Source: Spirochaetota bacterium
Lineage (GTDB): Bacteria; Spirochaetota; UBA4802; UBA5550
Assembly: GCA_963663865.1 (NCBI GenBank)
Contig: OY760686.1
Coordinates: 256,001-320,000, forward strand
DNA: 64,000 nt
Direction of reading: 5' to 3'
Shown here: in pieces, positions 50,478 through 61,405 of the stretch
Position numbering within the stretch: the stretch's first letter is position 1
Layout: each line of letters starts with the position of its first letter
The notes under the pieces: model-generated
The model's input: only the letters and a program-made list of their open reading frames with translations
Told to the model about the DNA's origin: nothing
Databases searched by the model: none
Made by a program: the position numbers and the translations under genes

Positions 50478-51065
50478 TCATCGTTTGATCTGAACGGGTT
50501 TTGGCACTTTGAGCCTTAAAGCAACAATGTCGCTGAATTTATTCATCAGGTCGCTGCTGCTGTATTCAAGAAATCTGTACATCGTTGTCCCTTTTATCTT
50601 TTCATGGAACAAATCCTTTTCGTTCTCGAATTGTGAGTCATAGTGTTTTTTTGAGTGACCATGAGCAGCCTTTACCACTCCAAGCCTTCTTATATCTCCA
50701 TTGAAGTCAGGACTGATATGGTAAAGTTCATGAAAGATCACCCTGAGTTTTTCCTCTGGAGGAAGGTCAAAAAATCTCGGCATGTAGAAGTATATTATGT
50801 ACTTCTGTTCAATTCCATTGTAAATCACGGGAGGAATTCTGAACCACCTTCCATAGTGGAGGATTTTTTCCGCGCCTCCCTTAAAACGGGAAGGAACGAC
50901 CTTGGCAAAGGTACACCCGCCGGAACCAGCCCTGTTGGTACTCAAACAGACAAGCGTTTTTGACGGGTCAATGTGAGAAAATCCTGGCACAGATTCTGTA
51001 ATCTCCCTGATAATGCGCGATAGATTTTCTGTTAGATCAATTTTTTCAGGTGAAGGCCTGTTCAT
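50478..51065 (-). CDS. Putative zinc metallopeptidase (HExxH)
   Basis: YFYMPRFFDL...IFHELYHISPDFNGDIRR. ATGA overlap with the recN stop. Confidence 0.6.
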   Translation of the reverse strand: MNRPSPEKIDLTENLSRIIREITESVPGFSHIDPSKTLVCLSTNRAGSGGCTFAKVVPSRFKGGAEKILHYGRWFRIPPVIYNGIEQKYIIYFYMPRFFDLPPEEKLRVIFHELYHISPDFNGDIRRLGVVKAAHGHSKKHYDSQFENEKDLFHEKIKGTTMYRFLEYSSSDLMNKFSDIVALRLKVPKPVQIKR

Positions 51066-52783
51066 ACGGAAGTTCGGACCGTTTGATTCTCAGAAATTCT
51101 CACCATTTCCTCTGCATGTTGAAGAGATAGCTCAGTGATAGTTTCGCCGGCCAGCATTCTGGCGATTTCTCTGACCTTGTCTTTCCGTGAAAGCTTTTTT
51201 ACAGCTGTTGTTACCCTTTCACCGCTCTTCGCCTTCTGAATATAGAAATGTGTATCCGACATGGATGCTATTTGAGGAAGATGCGTAATAAGCAGCACCT
51301 GTCTTTTTGCTGACAACAGCTTCAGCTTCTTTCCGACTACATCAGCAGTCTTACCGCCGACACCGGCATCAACCTCGTCAAAAATAAGGGTATCAACAAT
51401 ATCGGAACTCAGGATTACATTTTTTATCGCTAACATTATCCTCGACATCTCACCCCCGGAAGCCACCTTGTTCAGCGGCTTTAAATCCTCGCCTTCGTTC
51501 GCGGCAATCATAAATTCAATTCTGTCAAGGCCGTGAGGATAGAGCATATATCTTTTGCCTTCCGACTCCACTTCGCCGGATTCACTGATCTCCCGCTTAA
51601 TCGAAACCTTAAAAAGCGTGCCTCCCATACCCAGGTCCGTAAGCTCAGACATTACTTTTTTTTCTAAAACTGAGGCGGCAGACATCCTTCTTTCTGACAG
51701 TTCAAGGGCTTTGTCCCGGGCCTGTAATACGACACGTCTTTCATCCTCTTTCAAGCGCTCAATCTCTTCATCGCTTGATGTTATAGCATGAAGCTCTCGT
51801 CTTGCTTTGTCAGCATATTCCAGAATCTCTTCTATACTGTTCCCGTATTTTTTCCTGAGGCTTGAAATCAAAGAGAGTCTTTCCTCAATGAAGTTGACCC
51901 TTTCCGGTGAAAAATCAATTCTTTCATTATAGCTTCTCAGAAATTGGGCAGCATCTTCCAGGCTGAAGTAAGACTCTGTCACAGACTCCAGAATGTTTGA
52001 TATATCGTTATCAAATTCAGAAGCCGAAGAAAGATTCTGCTCTGCCTTTTTTAAAAGCTGTAGAACCGCTCCTTCGCCATTGAGCAGCTCTGAAGCCGTG
52101 CTTACGGATTTGAAAAGCTTTTCTGCGTTGGCAAGCATGTTTGCTTCATTTTTAAGCTCAACCTCTTCAGAGATGTTCAGTCCCGCGTCTTCTATTTCCT
52201 TGATCGCAAACGAATTAAACTCAATTCTTCTCAGTTTCTCTCGCTCATCTATTTCGAATGAAGAAAGCTTTTCCCGGATACTGTTCAGATGTTCGTGAAT
52301 TTTCCTCATCCCGGAAACCGAATCCTGAAACCCGCCGAAAGAATCGAGAAGGTCTCTGTGCTTTGATATTCTTGCGATTTCCTGGTGTTCGTTCTGGCCG
52401 TGAATATCAATCAGATACTGCGAGATTTCTCGGACCTTGGCCAATGGGACCTGTACGGCATTAACAAAGCACCGTCCCTTGCCGCTTGAGTATAGCTCTC
52501 TCCTCATAATCAGCGTGTCATCATATTCTATTCCTGCGTCATTGAGTAGGCCGGCAACTTCGGGCAACCCGGATACATCGAAAACCCCCTCGAGAGTTGC
52601 CTTTTCGAAACCCGTGCGAATCATATCCGTAGTCATCTTTTCGCCAAGAATTCCCGAAATAGCGTCTATCAGAATGGATTTTCCCGCGCCGGTCTCACCG
52701 GTAAGGACATTCATTCCATCGCTGAATTCCATTGACAGGTCTTCGATTATAACAAAGTTCTTAATCCTGAGTTCAAGAAGCAT
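51062..52783 (-). CDS. recN: DNA repair protein RecN
   Basis: TGETGAGKS, IHGQNEHQ, VASGGEMSR, FDEVDAGVGG and ITHLPQIA. Start placed at MLLEL. Confidence 0.95.
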   Translation of the reverse strand: MLLELRIKNFVIIEDLSMEFSDGMNVLTGETGAGKSILIDAISGILGEKMTTDMIRTGFEKATLEGVFDVSGLPEVAGLLNDAGIEYDDTLIMRRELYSSGKGRCFVNAVQVPLAKVREISQYLIDIHGQNEHQEIARISKHRDLLDSFGGFQDSVSGMRKIHEHLNSIREKLSSFEIDEREKLRRIEFNSFAIKEIEDAGLNISEEVELKNEANMLANAEKLFKSVSTASELLNGEGAVLQLLKKAEQNLSSASEFDNDISNILESVTESYFSLEDAAQFLRSYNERIDFSPERVNFIEERLSLISSLRKKYGNSIEEILEYADKARRELHAITSSDEEIERLKEDERRVVLQARDKALELSERRMSAASVLEKKVMSELTDLGMGGTLFKVSIKREISESGEVESEGKRYMLYPHGLDRIEFMIAANEGEDLKPLNKVASGGEMSRIMLAIKNVILSSDIVDTLIFDEVDAGVGGKTADVVGKKLKLLSAKRQVLLITHLPQIASMSDTHFYIQKAKSGERVTTAVKKLSRKDKVREIARMLAGETITELSLQHAEEMVRISENQTVRTSV

Positions 52784-52787
52784 ATAA

Positions 52788-53651
52788 CTATCGTCCCCAG
52801 TTGAGTTTTTCTCGGAGTATTGTGTAGAAGCTTTTTTCGGGATGTGATACAAGGCTGACGCTTTTATCGGTCAGCCGGAAGACTACCTCGTCTCTGCTGT
52901 CAATATCGATAGCAACCTGACCGTCAATTGTCAATAATAAATTGTTGGCCTCAGATACTATCCTGGCCAGCAGATTTGACGATGAAGGAAGAACCATCGG
53001 CCTTGTTCCAAGAGAATGCGGGCAGACAGGGTTCATCAAGAAAACATCAGTCGCGTCAGGTGAAATAATAGGTCCGCCTGCCGACAGCGAATATGCAGTC
53101 GAGCCGGTAGCTGTTGAAATTATAAGCCCATCGCCATAGTACGAATTCAGAAAGTTGCCGTTAAGCTCCAGTTCAAGTTTGATTGCCCTAGAAAATGAAC
53201 CCTTTGAAAGAACACCGTCATTGACAAAGTACTGCCTGCTTAACTGTTTCCCCTTTCTGTAGAGAATTGCCTCAAGCACGGATCTTCGTACAATATTGAA
53301 ACAGCCGGAAAGGAGATCAGGCAGATATTTTTTAAACTCTTCAGGGCTGAATTCAGTTAGAAATCCCAGCCTTCCTCTGTTAACTCCGAGAATGGGCTTT
53401 TCGTTTTCGACAAACATCCGCGCTGTACGCAAAAAAGTCCCATCCCCCCCTATTGAAAAAACCAGATCGGCTCCCTGCACAAATTCACCCGAGCAGACAA
53501 TATGCTTTTTCAGCTTTCCTGAACGGACAATATCATAGTCCGGAAGCTGAATAGAGATGCCTCTCTCTTCAGCCGCTCGGATCAGGTCATTTATTATAAT
53601 TACAGATATTTCGTCGTCAGGTTTCAGGTTGACAGAAACTGTCTTAATCAT
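52788..53651 (-). CDS. nadK: NAD(+) kinase
   Basis: GGDGTFL, GRLGFL, ND and DGLIISTATGSTAYSLSAGGP. Confidence 0.93.
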   Translation of the reverse strand: MIKTVSVNLKPDDEISVIIINDLIRAAEERGISIQLPDYDIVRSGKLKKHIVCSGEFVQGADLVFSIGGDGTFLRTARMFVENEKPILGVNRGRLGFLTEFSPEEFKKYLPDLLSGCFNIVRRSVLEAILYRKGKQLSRQYFVNDGVLSKGSFSRAIKLELELNGNFLNSYYGDGLIISTATGSTAYSLSAGGPIISPDATDVFLMNPVCPHSLGTRPMVLPSSSNLLARIVSEANNLLLTIDGQVAIDIDSRDEVVFRLTDKSVSLVSHPEKSFYTILREKLNWGR

Positions 53652-53666
53652 TGCGTTCCGACCTTT

Positions 53667-54893
53667 CTATTCTTCATCCGGATATCTGGACTGTATCGCC
53701 CTGATTTCTTCAAGGCTTTCAAAAAATATTTCCACAAGAGCCGGGTCAAACTTCTTCCCCTTTAGCAGTCTGATCTCCTGAAGAACATCATCCTCGTTCC
53801 ATGCTTCCTTATAAACCCTTTTAGACGACAGAGCGTCAAAAACGTCCGCGAGCGCGACAATCCTTCCAAACAGAGGAATCTCTTCTCCCTTAAGCGGAAG
53901 GGGCTTTTCGTCCTCACCTGCTTCAAGAGTCTCCCCTGTCATGGGGTCTATTTTCCCTGGATATCCGGTTCCATCCCAATTTTCATGATGAGTCAGGGCA
54001 ACCTCTGCGGCCACATCGTCAAGGATGGACTGTCTGTCTCTGAAAAGCCTGGCTCCAAGGTAGGTATGGGCCTTCATTATTTCATACTCTTCATCGGTAA
54101 AGCGGGCCTTCTTTTTCAAAATGGTGTCTGAAATAGCAACTTTGCCCGCGTCATGCAGCATCGATGCCATTCTGAGAACATCCCTTGAAAGCATTACTTC
54201 CTTTTCCGGCAGGCCGGCCTTCTGCGCCCACTTTTCGTACAGAACAACCGAATATGAAGCAACCCTGTTAACATGCGCTCCTGTCTCCCGGGGGTCTCTC
54301 AGCTCAGCCATGAGAATCATTCTCAGGAGCAGCGTTCTGGTAAGTATCGCACGCTGAAGAACCATGCTTGCGCTACCGGCAAAATGCGAAATGTACATCT
54401 CGTCTACCGCGCTGAATGTCTTTATTTTGCCCTTTTGGTTTTTTGCGTTTATTATCTGAATTACACCGAGTATCTCACCGTTTACATTTTTTAACGGAAC
54501 AGTCAGCATCGAAGAGGTCCGGTATCCTGATTTTACATCATAAGTCGGATCAAAGCGGTAAGGTGCTTCACTGCTGATCGAATACACATCGGGGATGTTG
54601 AGCGGTTTTCCTGTGACAGCGACATACCCTGCTATGGAACCCTTGTTTATGGGTATCGTAAACAACGAGTATATGAGCTTTTTGCCGGGAGCAAGCTTTT
54701 TCTGCTGCGTCTCGTTCTGTGTATTGGAGAATACAAGCTGATCGCCATCCCTGCTGTAAATAGTCCCGGCATCTGCTGACGCGAACTTTCTTGCCTCCAG
54801 CAGAATCCTTTCAAGAAGGATATCAACGTCCTGAACCGTGTGCAGTTCGGAGCCAAGCCTGATTATCTCCTTTAATTTCTGGTTCTCATTCAT
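53667..54893 (-). CDS. GAF plus HD-GYP phosphodiesterase
   Basis: GAF motifs SIAGYVA..G and SMLTVPL. ETGAHVNRV, LHDAGK, HHENWDGTGYP and ADVFDAL. Confidence 0.9.
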   Translation of the reverse strand: MNENQKLKEIIRLGSELHTVQDVDILLERILLEARKFASADAGTIYSRDGDQLVFSNTQNETQQKKLAPGKKLIYSLFTIPINKGSIAGYVAVTGKPLNIPDVYSISSEAPYRFDPTYDVKSGYRTSSMLTVPLKNVNGEILGVIQIINAKNQKGKIKTFSAVDEMYISHFAGSASMVLQRAILTRTLLLRMILMAELRDPRETGAHVNRVASYSVVLYEKWAQKAGLPEKEVMLSRDVLRMASMLHDAGKVAISDTILKKKARFTDEEYEIMKAHTYLGARLFRDRQSILDDVAAEVALTHHENWDGTGYPGKIDPMTGETLEAGEDEKPLPLKGEEIPLFGRIVALADVFDALSSKRVYKEAWNEDDVLQEIRLLKGKKFDPALVEIFFESLEEIRAIQSRYPDEE

Positions 54894-55137
54894 CTTAAAC
54901 CTGAATCCGTCTAATCTCTTGTCAATACTAGAATCCGTACCGTTACTGCTGTCAAGATATAAAGATATGCTTACTCCTGAACTGCTGTTAATAAATAACG
55001 TAAAAACCTGATAATTAATTCAGTATTATTTTTTACGAAGAATTTAACTTTTCGTAATTATTACATAAAATCACCATAAGTTATTGATTAGAGTTCTTCA
55101 TTATATGATAATGGTAAAAAAACTGGGCTGGTATATT

Positions 55138-55935
55138 ATGTCAGGTATTTTCGGCAAACATGATTTTGATTTTTTTCTTTCGATTATTGAATCAGCAGGA
55201 GAGCTGGCGCACAGCTATCAGAAGAAGGGTTTTAATATTGAGGAGAAAGCGGACTCTACCATCGTAACAGAAGCCGACTTCAAGGTCCAGGAGCTCATAG
55301 TAGAGAGAATATCCTCAAATTATCCGGATGTGAACTTTGTACATGAAGAAAACTTTGACACATCAGTCAACCGTATCAACCCTGACACTCTAACTGTTAT
55401 AATTGATCCAATTGACGGAACCTCCGTTTTTAGCATGTACCTGCCAATGTGGTGTATTTCAATAGGTGTTTTTGAAGGATATAACCCTCTCTACGGATTT
55501 GTCTATTCCCCCGGCAGCGGATTCCTTTTTTACAACGACAATGACAGAGCCTATCTCAACGGCAAGGAGCTGGAAGCCGTATATGGCACCCGGGTAAATA
55601 CCGAAACAAGCTTTTTCTGTGCTTCAGAGATTAGCAACATGATTCTCCCGGAATTTCCCGGGAAGATAAGAAATCTTGGTTCTACTGCAATGCACGCATG
55701 TTTGACTGCGGATAATGCCCGCAACAGATCCCTTGCTTTCATAGGACAGTCTTACCTGTGGGATTGGGCCGGAGCCATCCCGGTACTGCTGAAAGCAGGG
55801 GTAAAGCTTAATCATCTTAATGGCGAAGAACCGGATTACAAAAAAATTGCGGAAAACGGCTATTATATTCCAGAACCTCTCATAGCCCATACAGCGGAAA
55901 ACTTCGAGGACATAAAGAAGTACCTCAAGAAATGA
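55138..55935 (+). CDS. Inositol monophosphatase family protein
   Basis: VTEAD, EE, IIDPIDGT, RNLGS and WDWAG. Confidence 0.85.
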   Translation: MSGIFGKHDFDFFLSIIESAGELAHSYQKKGFNIEEKADSTIVTEADFKVQELIVERISSNYPDVNFVHEENFDTSVNRINPDTLTVIIDPIDGTSVFSMYLPMWCISIGVFEGYNPLYGFVYSPGSGFLFYNDNDRAYLNGKELEAVYGTRVNTETSFFCASEISNMILPEFPGKIRNLGSTAMHACLTADNARNRSLAFIGQSYLWDWAGAIPVLLKAGVKLNHLNGEEPDYKKIAENGYYIPEPLIAHTAENFEDIKKYLKK

Positions 55936-55936
55936 G

Positions 55937-57292
55937 CTATTTCCCTATGCAGAAACGGCTGAATATTGAGCCCAAGACATCGTCCGGGGTTATTTCGCCG
56001 GTAATATCCGAAAGCTGATCTATCGCCGTCTGAAGTTCAAAGGCAATGATCTCTGCCGATTCACCGGTTCTGGCCAGGTCAGCCGCTCTTTTTACTGAGG
56101 ATATCGCTTCACCGGCAAGACTTCGCATTCGGGCATCGGCGATAAAAAAATTATCATTCACGTCGATTCCCTTCGAAAGAACCTCCTTCATGGCTCTTTC
56201 AAGTTCGCCAAGACCTTCCCCTTTGCGTGCTGAAACCTTAACGGCAGCTGTTCCGAGTTCTTTTTCTATCCCAGAAACGATATCATGATCAGCAATGTCG
56301 CATTTATTTATTATGTAAATCTTCTCTCTTCCGCCAAGTTCGCAAATGATCTTTCTGTCTGCTGATGTCAGCCCTTCAGCTCCATCAATGACAACGAGAA
56401 TAACGGATGCCCGCTCAATACTCTTTCTGCTTAGCTCAATGCCCTGTCTTTCGATCTCGTCCCGCGGATCATCTATTCCGGCAGTATCAGAGATATTTAC
56501 AGGTACTCCGCCAATATGAACCGATTCGCTTATTATATCCCTGGTTGTCCCTGGAATATTGGAAACAATGGCTCTCTCACGGTTTAGAATAGCGTTCAGA
56601 AGGCTCGACTTGCCAACATTAGGCCTCCCGGCGATTGTAACATCAACCCCCTGGGATATCTTCGCGCCAAGCAGGCATCTTTTTAAAAATTCGGTTAGCT
56701 GAAATATAATCTCATCAGCTTTTTTTTCCGCATTGTCTCTGCTTATGAACTCTATATCCTCTTCATAAAAATCAATAGCGGATTCAATGTCTGCCTTGAG
56801 CTCGGTCAGCATCTCTTTAATCGATTCAACACGCTGCTTCATAGAGCCGTGCATTTGCACAATTGCAGAAGCAATTTCCCAATCGCTATTAGCGTTGATC
56901 ACACCATTAATTGCCTCAGCCCCTGTCAGGTCAATTTTACCGTTTATAAAGGCCCTTCTGCTGAACTCCCCAGGAAGAGCTGCTCTTGCGCCCCGTGATA
57001 AAAGCAGTAAGATAATTTTTGATGTAATAAGCGGATTGCCGTGACAGAAGATTTCAACCATATCCTCCCCGGTAAAGCTCGCAGGAGAAAAATACGGCAG
57101 GAAAATCACATCATCGACGGTTTTACCTTCATCAAGAATGGAACCGTACACGGCTTTTCTATCGGCAATGTCGCCCGGGCGGGAAAAAAAGGATGCAGCC
57201 AGCCGGATACAGCCCGGGCCGCTTACTCTTATAATAGCAAGCGGTGACCTCACCGGGGCTGTAGCCGGAGCACATATTATATCGTCTATCAT
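55937..57292 (-). CDS. mnmE: tRNA modification GTPase MnmE
   Basis: SFTGED, CHG, GRPNVGKSS, GTTRD, DTAG, NKCD and C-terminal FCIGK. Confidence 0.96.
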   Translation of the reverse strand: MIDDIICAPATAPVRSPLAIIRVSGPGCIRLAASFFSRPGDIADRKAVYGSILDEGKTVDDVIFLPYFSPASFTGEDMVEIFCHGNPLITSKIILLLLSRGARAALPGEFSRRAFINGKIDLTGAEAINGVINANSDWEIASAIVQMHGSMKQRVESIKEMLTELKADIESAIDFYEEDIEFISRDNAEKKADEIIFQLTEFLKRCLLGAKISQGVDVTIAGRPNVGKSSLLNAILNRERAIVSNIPGTTRDIISESVHIGGVPVNISDTAGIDDPRDEIERQGIELSRKSIERASVILVVIDGAEGLTSADRKIICELGGREKIYIINKCDIADHDIVSGIEKELGTAAVKVSARKGEGLGELERAMKEVLSKGIDVNDNFFIADARMRSLAGEAISSVKRAADLARTGESAEIIAFELQTAIDQLSDITGEITPDDVLGSIFSRFCIGK

Positions 57293-57293
57293 A

Positions 57294-57941
57294 TTAAAGC
57301 TGTGAGTCTTTCGGCATAACTTTTATTTTACGGTATATTCCCTGGCCTTCACTTTTAGTCATTACACGGCTGTCGTTTTGGAGGGCCAGGTGTATCAAAC
57401 GTCTCTCAAAAGGATTCATGGGCTCAAGTGTCCATGGCTTTCCCGTTCTAACAACCTTCAACGCGATTTCTTTAGAGAGTTTTCTCAGAGCCTTTTCCCG
57501 TTTATCTCTGTAATCTTCAATATCGAGAATAATCTTTTTTTCAGTACCTGTACGGTTCCCAACTATGAGATTGACCATAAACTGTAGAGCTTCAAGGGTT
57601 TTCCCCTTCCGTCCTATTACGATTCCAGAACTTTCACTGCTTTCGAGCTCAACATAGACTTTTGACTCAATCTCTCTGGTCTCCTTGATAGTGGTATTTA
57701 GTCCCATTCTGCTGAGAATCTCTGATATTACTTCCTTTGTTACAGAAGCAATCTCGGCTGTGTCCTGGCTTAGAAAAGCTCTTATCTTTGCCTGCTTTGA
57801 GACTCCAAATCCGAAAAGCCCGCTTTTCCCCTGTTCGAGAACCTCAACTCTGATCGCGGAAGGATCTTTGACACCAAAGTTTTCCATAGCCTTTTTTGTT
57901 GCTTCATCAACCGATTTCCCTTCGACTTCAATCACTTTCAT
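57294..57941 (-). CDS. jag: Jag/EloR (KhpB) RNA-binding protein
   Basis: Jag_N GKSVDEA, KH IGRKGKTLEALQ and R3H MNPFERRLIH. Confidence 0.92.
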   Translation of the reverse strand: MKVIEVEGKSVDEATKKAMENFGVKDPSAIRVEVLEQGKSGLFGFGVSKQAKIRAFLSQDTAEIASVTKEVISEILSRMGLNTTIKETREIESKVYVELESSESSGIVIGRKGKTLEALQFMVNLIVGNRTGTEKKIILDIEDYRDKREKALRKLSKEIALKVVRTGKPWTLEPMNPFERRLIHLALQNDSRVMTKSEGQGIYRKIKVMPKDSQL

Positions 57942-57969
57942 CCGGCTTCCTCCGTATGTAGTATGAAAC

Positions 57970-59637
57970 TCAACTGTTCGATTTTCCGAATTTATTGACA
58001 ATCAGCTGATGCGCTATCTGGAATACGTTCTGCAGTGTCCAATACAACACAAGCCCTGAAGGCATTGACCAGAAAATGAAGATAAACACAAGCGGCATCG
58101 CCATCATCATAAACTTCTGCTGCCCGCCCTGTCCGGTATCAACCATGCTGATTTTCTGTTGAATAAATGTCGTTATCGTCATAACAATGGGGAGAATATT
58201 GACATTGAACCCTGAAAGTGTAGCGACAGTATCAGGCATGGAAAGGTCATTAATCCACAGAATAAAAGGAGCATTCCATAGATCCATACTGTTGATCAGG
58301 GCGCTGTAAAGCGCAAAGAAGAAAGGCATCTGGAGCAGTATAGGAAGACATCCGCCCATTGGATTGACCTTGTTTTCCTTATACAGCTCCATCATTTTCT
58401 TCTGCATAACATCAGGCTTATCCTTATACTTAGCTTTAAGCTCGTTGATTTTTGGAGTAAGCTTCTGCATTTTTTTCATTGAGTCAGTTGATTTTTTTGT
58501 CAGCGGCATGAAGACAATTTTTGTCAGTATGGAAAAGACAACAAGCGCCCATCCCATATTTCCAAAGAGTTTGTTTATATTAAGAAGACACCACATTACA
58601 AAATAGCGAATCGGCTCAATCCACTTGCTCACATCGGCTGCATCTTTCAGCCCGGGGTCAACAGCCTCAAGTCTCGACTTTTCCTTTTCTCCAACGTAAA
58701 CTCTAAACTCTCGGACTGCCTCCTCTCCGGGTTTAAGGCTGTTCAGAGCAACCTTCATCCCTGTACGAAAGCCCTTGTTTGTACGGTTGTCAAAGACTAT
58801 ACCGGTTCCGGTAAAATTAACCGGCTTCATGATGGCAAGAAGATAACGGCTTGTTACTCCCACCCAGTCAGTTGAACCATCCTCTGATTTCAGGTCTCCC
58901 GCTTTTGAGAAGAATCCGCTGCCCTTGTGTTCAAGAGTAAAATCACCGGCGATTGAAAAGATACCAGCCGGCATATTGTAGTTGTTGGAATAATCAAGCT
59001 CCGGGCCGGTAAGATCTGTAGGTGAGAAAATTATGCTGGAATCGGGGAAAAAAACCTCTGTTCGTCCAGTGTTTTTAAAGCTGTAATAAACATTGAAAGC
59101 ATCTCCCTTTTCGGGTACAGTATAGCGCTTTGTTACATTTATCGTGCCTCCGTTAAGGGAGACTGACGCTGTGTATTCCTGCGCTCCGTCATTGCGTTGA
59201 AAATGCCGCCAATTTATTGAATCAAGCGATCCTGTACCGAGAAATTCTCCCTTGCTGAAATGCACAGCGAAATCAAGACTGCCTTTAGCAGCAAAAGGAT
59301 TCTCGCCCGCTGTTGCCTTTATATCCCTGTCCTTTAGTCTCATTTTCTTGACTGAAGCGCCAAGTGTTGAGATTTCCATTTCAAACTGGGAGCTTTGAAG
59401 GCTGACAACTGACTCCTTTACTCCTGAAGCCGCTGTAAGCGCTTTTACAAGAACTTCCTGTGTCCGGGAGGGGGCATCAGAGGCCTTCACCTGTTCAGGG
59501 TTGCTGTTGCTTGTCTGTTCAGCTATTTTTGCTGGCGGCTGGCTTTGTTTTGTATCATCTGCAGGATTGAATATATAAAACCATGCAATCCACACAGCGG
59601 CAGTTAAAACAACCGCCAATAAAGTTCTTTTTTCCAT
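57970..59637 (-). CDS. yidC: Membrane protein insertase YidC
   Basis: MEKRTLLA start, NPMGGCLPILLQMPFF, WINDLSMPD and MPSGLVLYW. Confidence 0.95.
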   Translation of the reverse strand: MEKRTLLAVVLTAAVWIAWFYIFNPADDTKQSQPPAKIAEQTSNSNPEQVKASDAPSRTQEVLVKALTAASGVKESVVSLQSSQFEMEISTLGASVKKMRLKDRDIKATAGENPFAAKGSLDFAVHFSKGEFLGTGSLDSINWRHFQRNDGAQEYTASVSLNGGTINVTKRYTVPEKGDAFNVYYSFKNTGRTEVFFPDSSIIFSPTDLTGPELDYSNNYNMPAGIFSIAGDFTLEHKGSGFFSKAGDLKSEDGSTDWVGVTSRYLLAIMKPVNFTGTGIVFDNRTNKGFRTGMKVALNSLKPGEEAVREFRVYVGEKEKSRLEAVDPGLKDAADVSKWIEPIRYFVMWCLLNINKLFGNMGWALVVFSILTKIVFMPLTKKSTDSMKKMQKLTPKINELKAKYKDKPDVMQKKMMELYKENKVNPMGGCLPILLQMPFFFALYSALINSMDLWNAPFILWINDLSMPDTVATLSGFNVNILPIVMTITTFIQQKISMVDTGQGGQQKFMMMAMPLVFIFIFWSMPSGLVLYWTLQNVFQIAHQLIVNKFGKSNS

Positions 59638-59724
59638 TACCTTCTCCCGGTGAATAATTAATAATAGGGTATTAAAGACCTTGATTCAAGCGAAAAGGCA
59701 TGGAAATGACTATGAAGAGAGGGT

Positions 59725-60012
59725 TTACTTCTTGTTATACTGAAAGCGGTATGAAAATTTTTCCGGTACTGGATCATATCCGCCTTCAAAAAAACGATTA
59801 CACCGCAAAATCCTCATCACAGAAAGCCAAAGCCCTCGAAGAAGTCCGAATCTTTTTAAAGATTCCGCGGCATAAGCAGAACAGGTCGGATAAAATCTAC
59901 ACGACGCAGGAAGAAGCACCGAAATAAAAACCTTATATAGAGCAATAATCACCACAAGAATATTTGCCGGAAGCCGCCCTAAAAAACTCATTGCTTTTCT
60001 TGTATAGGACAC
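59725..60012 (-). CDS. yidD: Membrane protein insertion efficiency factor YidD
   Basis: [15 protein letters not shown] and GGYDPVP. Start may be a few codons downstream. Confidence 0.9.
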   Translation of the reverse strand: MSYTRKAMSFLGRLPANILVVIIALYKVFISVLLPASCRFYPTCSAYAAESLKRFGLLRGLWLSVMRILRCNRFFEGGYDPVPEKFSYRFQYNKK

Positions 60013-60350
60013 TCGTCAAAAACTCCGTTTTTTTTAAGGGCAAACCTTATTAGACGCTCAATCTCCTGATAACTCATTCCCTTGCTGACCTCATAAAAGC
60101 GAATCAGAACATGGCAATCCTTCTTCATTCCGGAGATCATCCCCCTAACAATAGACCTTGCCATTCTTTTCGTGTGATTTCTCTCAAAAGCCTTACCAAA
60201 CCTTCTTTCAAACGAAAAGCCGATTTTCGGGACATCGCTCTCCTGAACAGAAAGAATATAGAAAAGCATTCCCTTTGTTCTGAACCTGTAACCGCTTTTA
60301 AATAGTTCCTGAAATCCTCTTCTGCCTTTTAATGAATAAAGCCTTTTCAC
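59988..60350 (-). CDS. rnpA: Ribonuclease P protein component
   Basis: [13 protein letters not shown] and [11 protein letters not shown] (RNR-like motif). Sits between rpmH and yidD. Confidence 0.85.
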   Translation of the reverse strand: MKRLYSLKGRRGFQELFKSGYRFRTKGMLFYILSVQESDVPKIGFSFERRFGKAFERNHTKRMARSIVRGMISGMKKDCHVLIRFYEVSKGMSYQEIERLIRFALKKNGVFDECPIQEKQ

Positions 60351-60362
60351 CCGGCCTGCTGC

Positions 60363-60521
60363 TTATTTCGGCAGTCTTTTCTCGTCAGAAACAGTCAGTT
60401 TCTTTCTTCCCTTCAGTCTTCTTCTTTTTAGCACCTTACGTCCTTCAGCAGTGCTCATCCTGCTTAAAAAACCATGTGTTCTGTTTCTTTTCAGCCTGCT
60501 TGGTTGAAATGTTCTTTTCAT
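60363..60521 (-). CDS. rpmH: 50S ribosomal protein L34
   Basis: Manual translation [61 protein letters not shown]. Confidence 0.96.
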   Translation of the reverse strand: MKRTFQPSRLKRNRTHGFLSRMSTAEGRKVLKRRRLKGRKKLTVSDEKRLPK

Positions 60522-60676
60522 GAAAAATGACTCCTTTATAGCTAATAGTCTGGAATAATCGCTTCAAATTACGAGAGGGTTCTCGAAAGCCTTAACGCCC
60601 CATTAGAGCGGAAATAGACTCACGTTCTCAAAAGAAATAAATGCGACGGGGTTGTTTTTTTGTCAATAATATTAAT

Positions 60677-61060
60677 TCATTCATCCAACTCAAGAACTCC
60701 ATCAAGGGTTTTTGAGCTGATTTTTTCTATTAGAGTGTTCTCGTCCTTGATTATTTTGAAATACTTCTTAACTCCCGTGATATCGAGCAGGCCTCTAATA
60801 GATTCATTAGTGTTCATCATGTACAGCTGGACGCCCTTAGACGAAAGATCCTGCATGATTTTTACAAGGAGGGATAGCGCTGAGCTGTTAATAAATGGAA
60901 CTTTTGCAAAGTTTAATATAACCTGGACTTTATCGGCAGCAAGCTCAGTGGAGATAAACTCTTCAATACGCTTCGAATCTTCAAAGGATATTTCACCTAC
61001 TATATCAATTATATCGTATCCGAATTTCTTTCTATGAGTGAGCATCAGTTTTTCTTCCAT
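60677..61060 (-). CDS. STAS-domain anti-sigma-factor antagonist
   Basis: IVGEI, VILNFAKVPFINSSAL and GLLDITG. Confidence 0.85.
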   Translation of the reverse strand: MEEKLMLTHRKKFGYDIIDIVGEISFEDSKRIEEFISTELAADKVQVILNFAKVPFINSSALSLLVKIMQDLSSKGVQLYMMNTNESIRGLLDITGVKKYFKIIKDENTLIEKISSKTLDGVLELDE

Positions 61061-61405
61061 TAAGGTCCCCTCTCGCATAAACTTCCCATGAAAACAACGC
61101 TATGTCAACTCAATTATTGACACGCGAAATACATCACCAACCGTTATAAAGGAAAGGAAACAGCACTACTAAAATATCGGCATCTTCCAGTGCTTAATTA
61201 ACTCATTATTGTGACTGCGAGGCTATCCAACTGGCCCGTTAGTGTCATTCATCATTTATTTGTTATTGAGCACCCGGAATGAGATCTAATAACCACTTTT
61301 CTTATGCCCCTTCAGTCGTCAACTAGTATGTTCCTTTTTTTCTTAACCTTTTTTTTCATTATGTAATCTACAAATACGTTACACTTACATAACAGGAGGT
61401 AAAAA

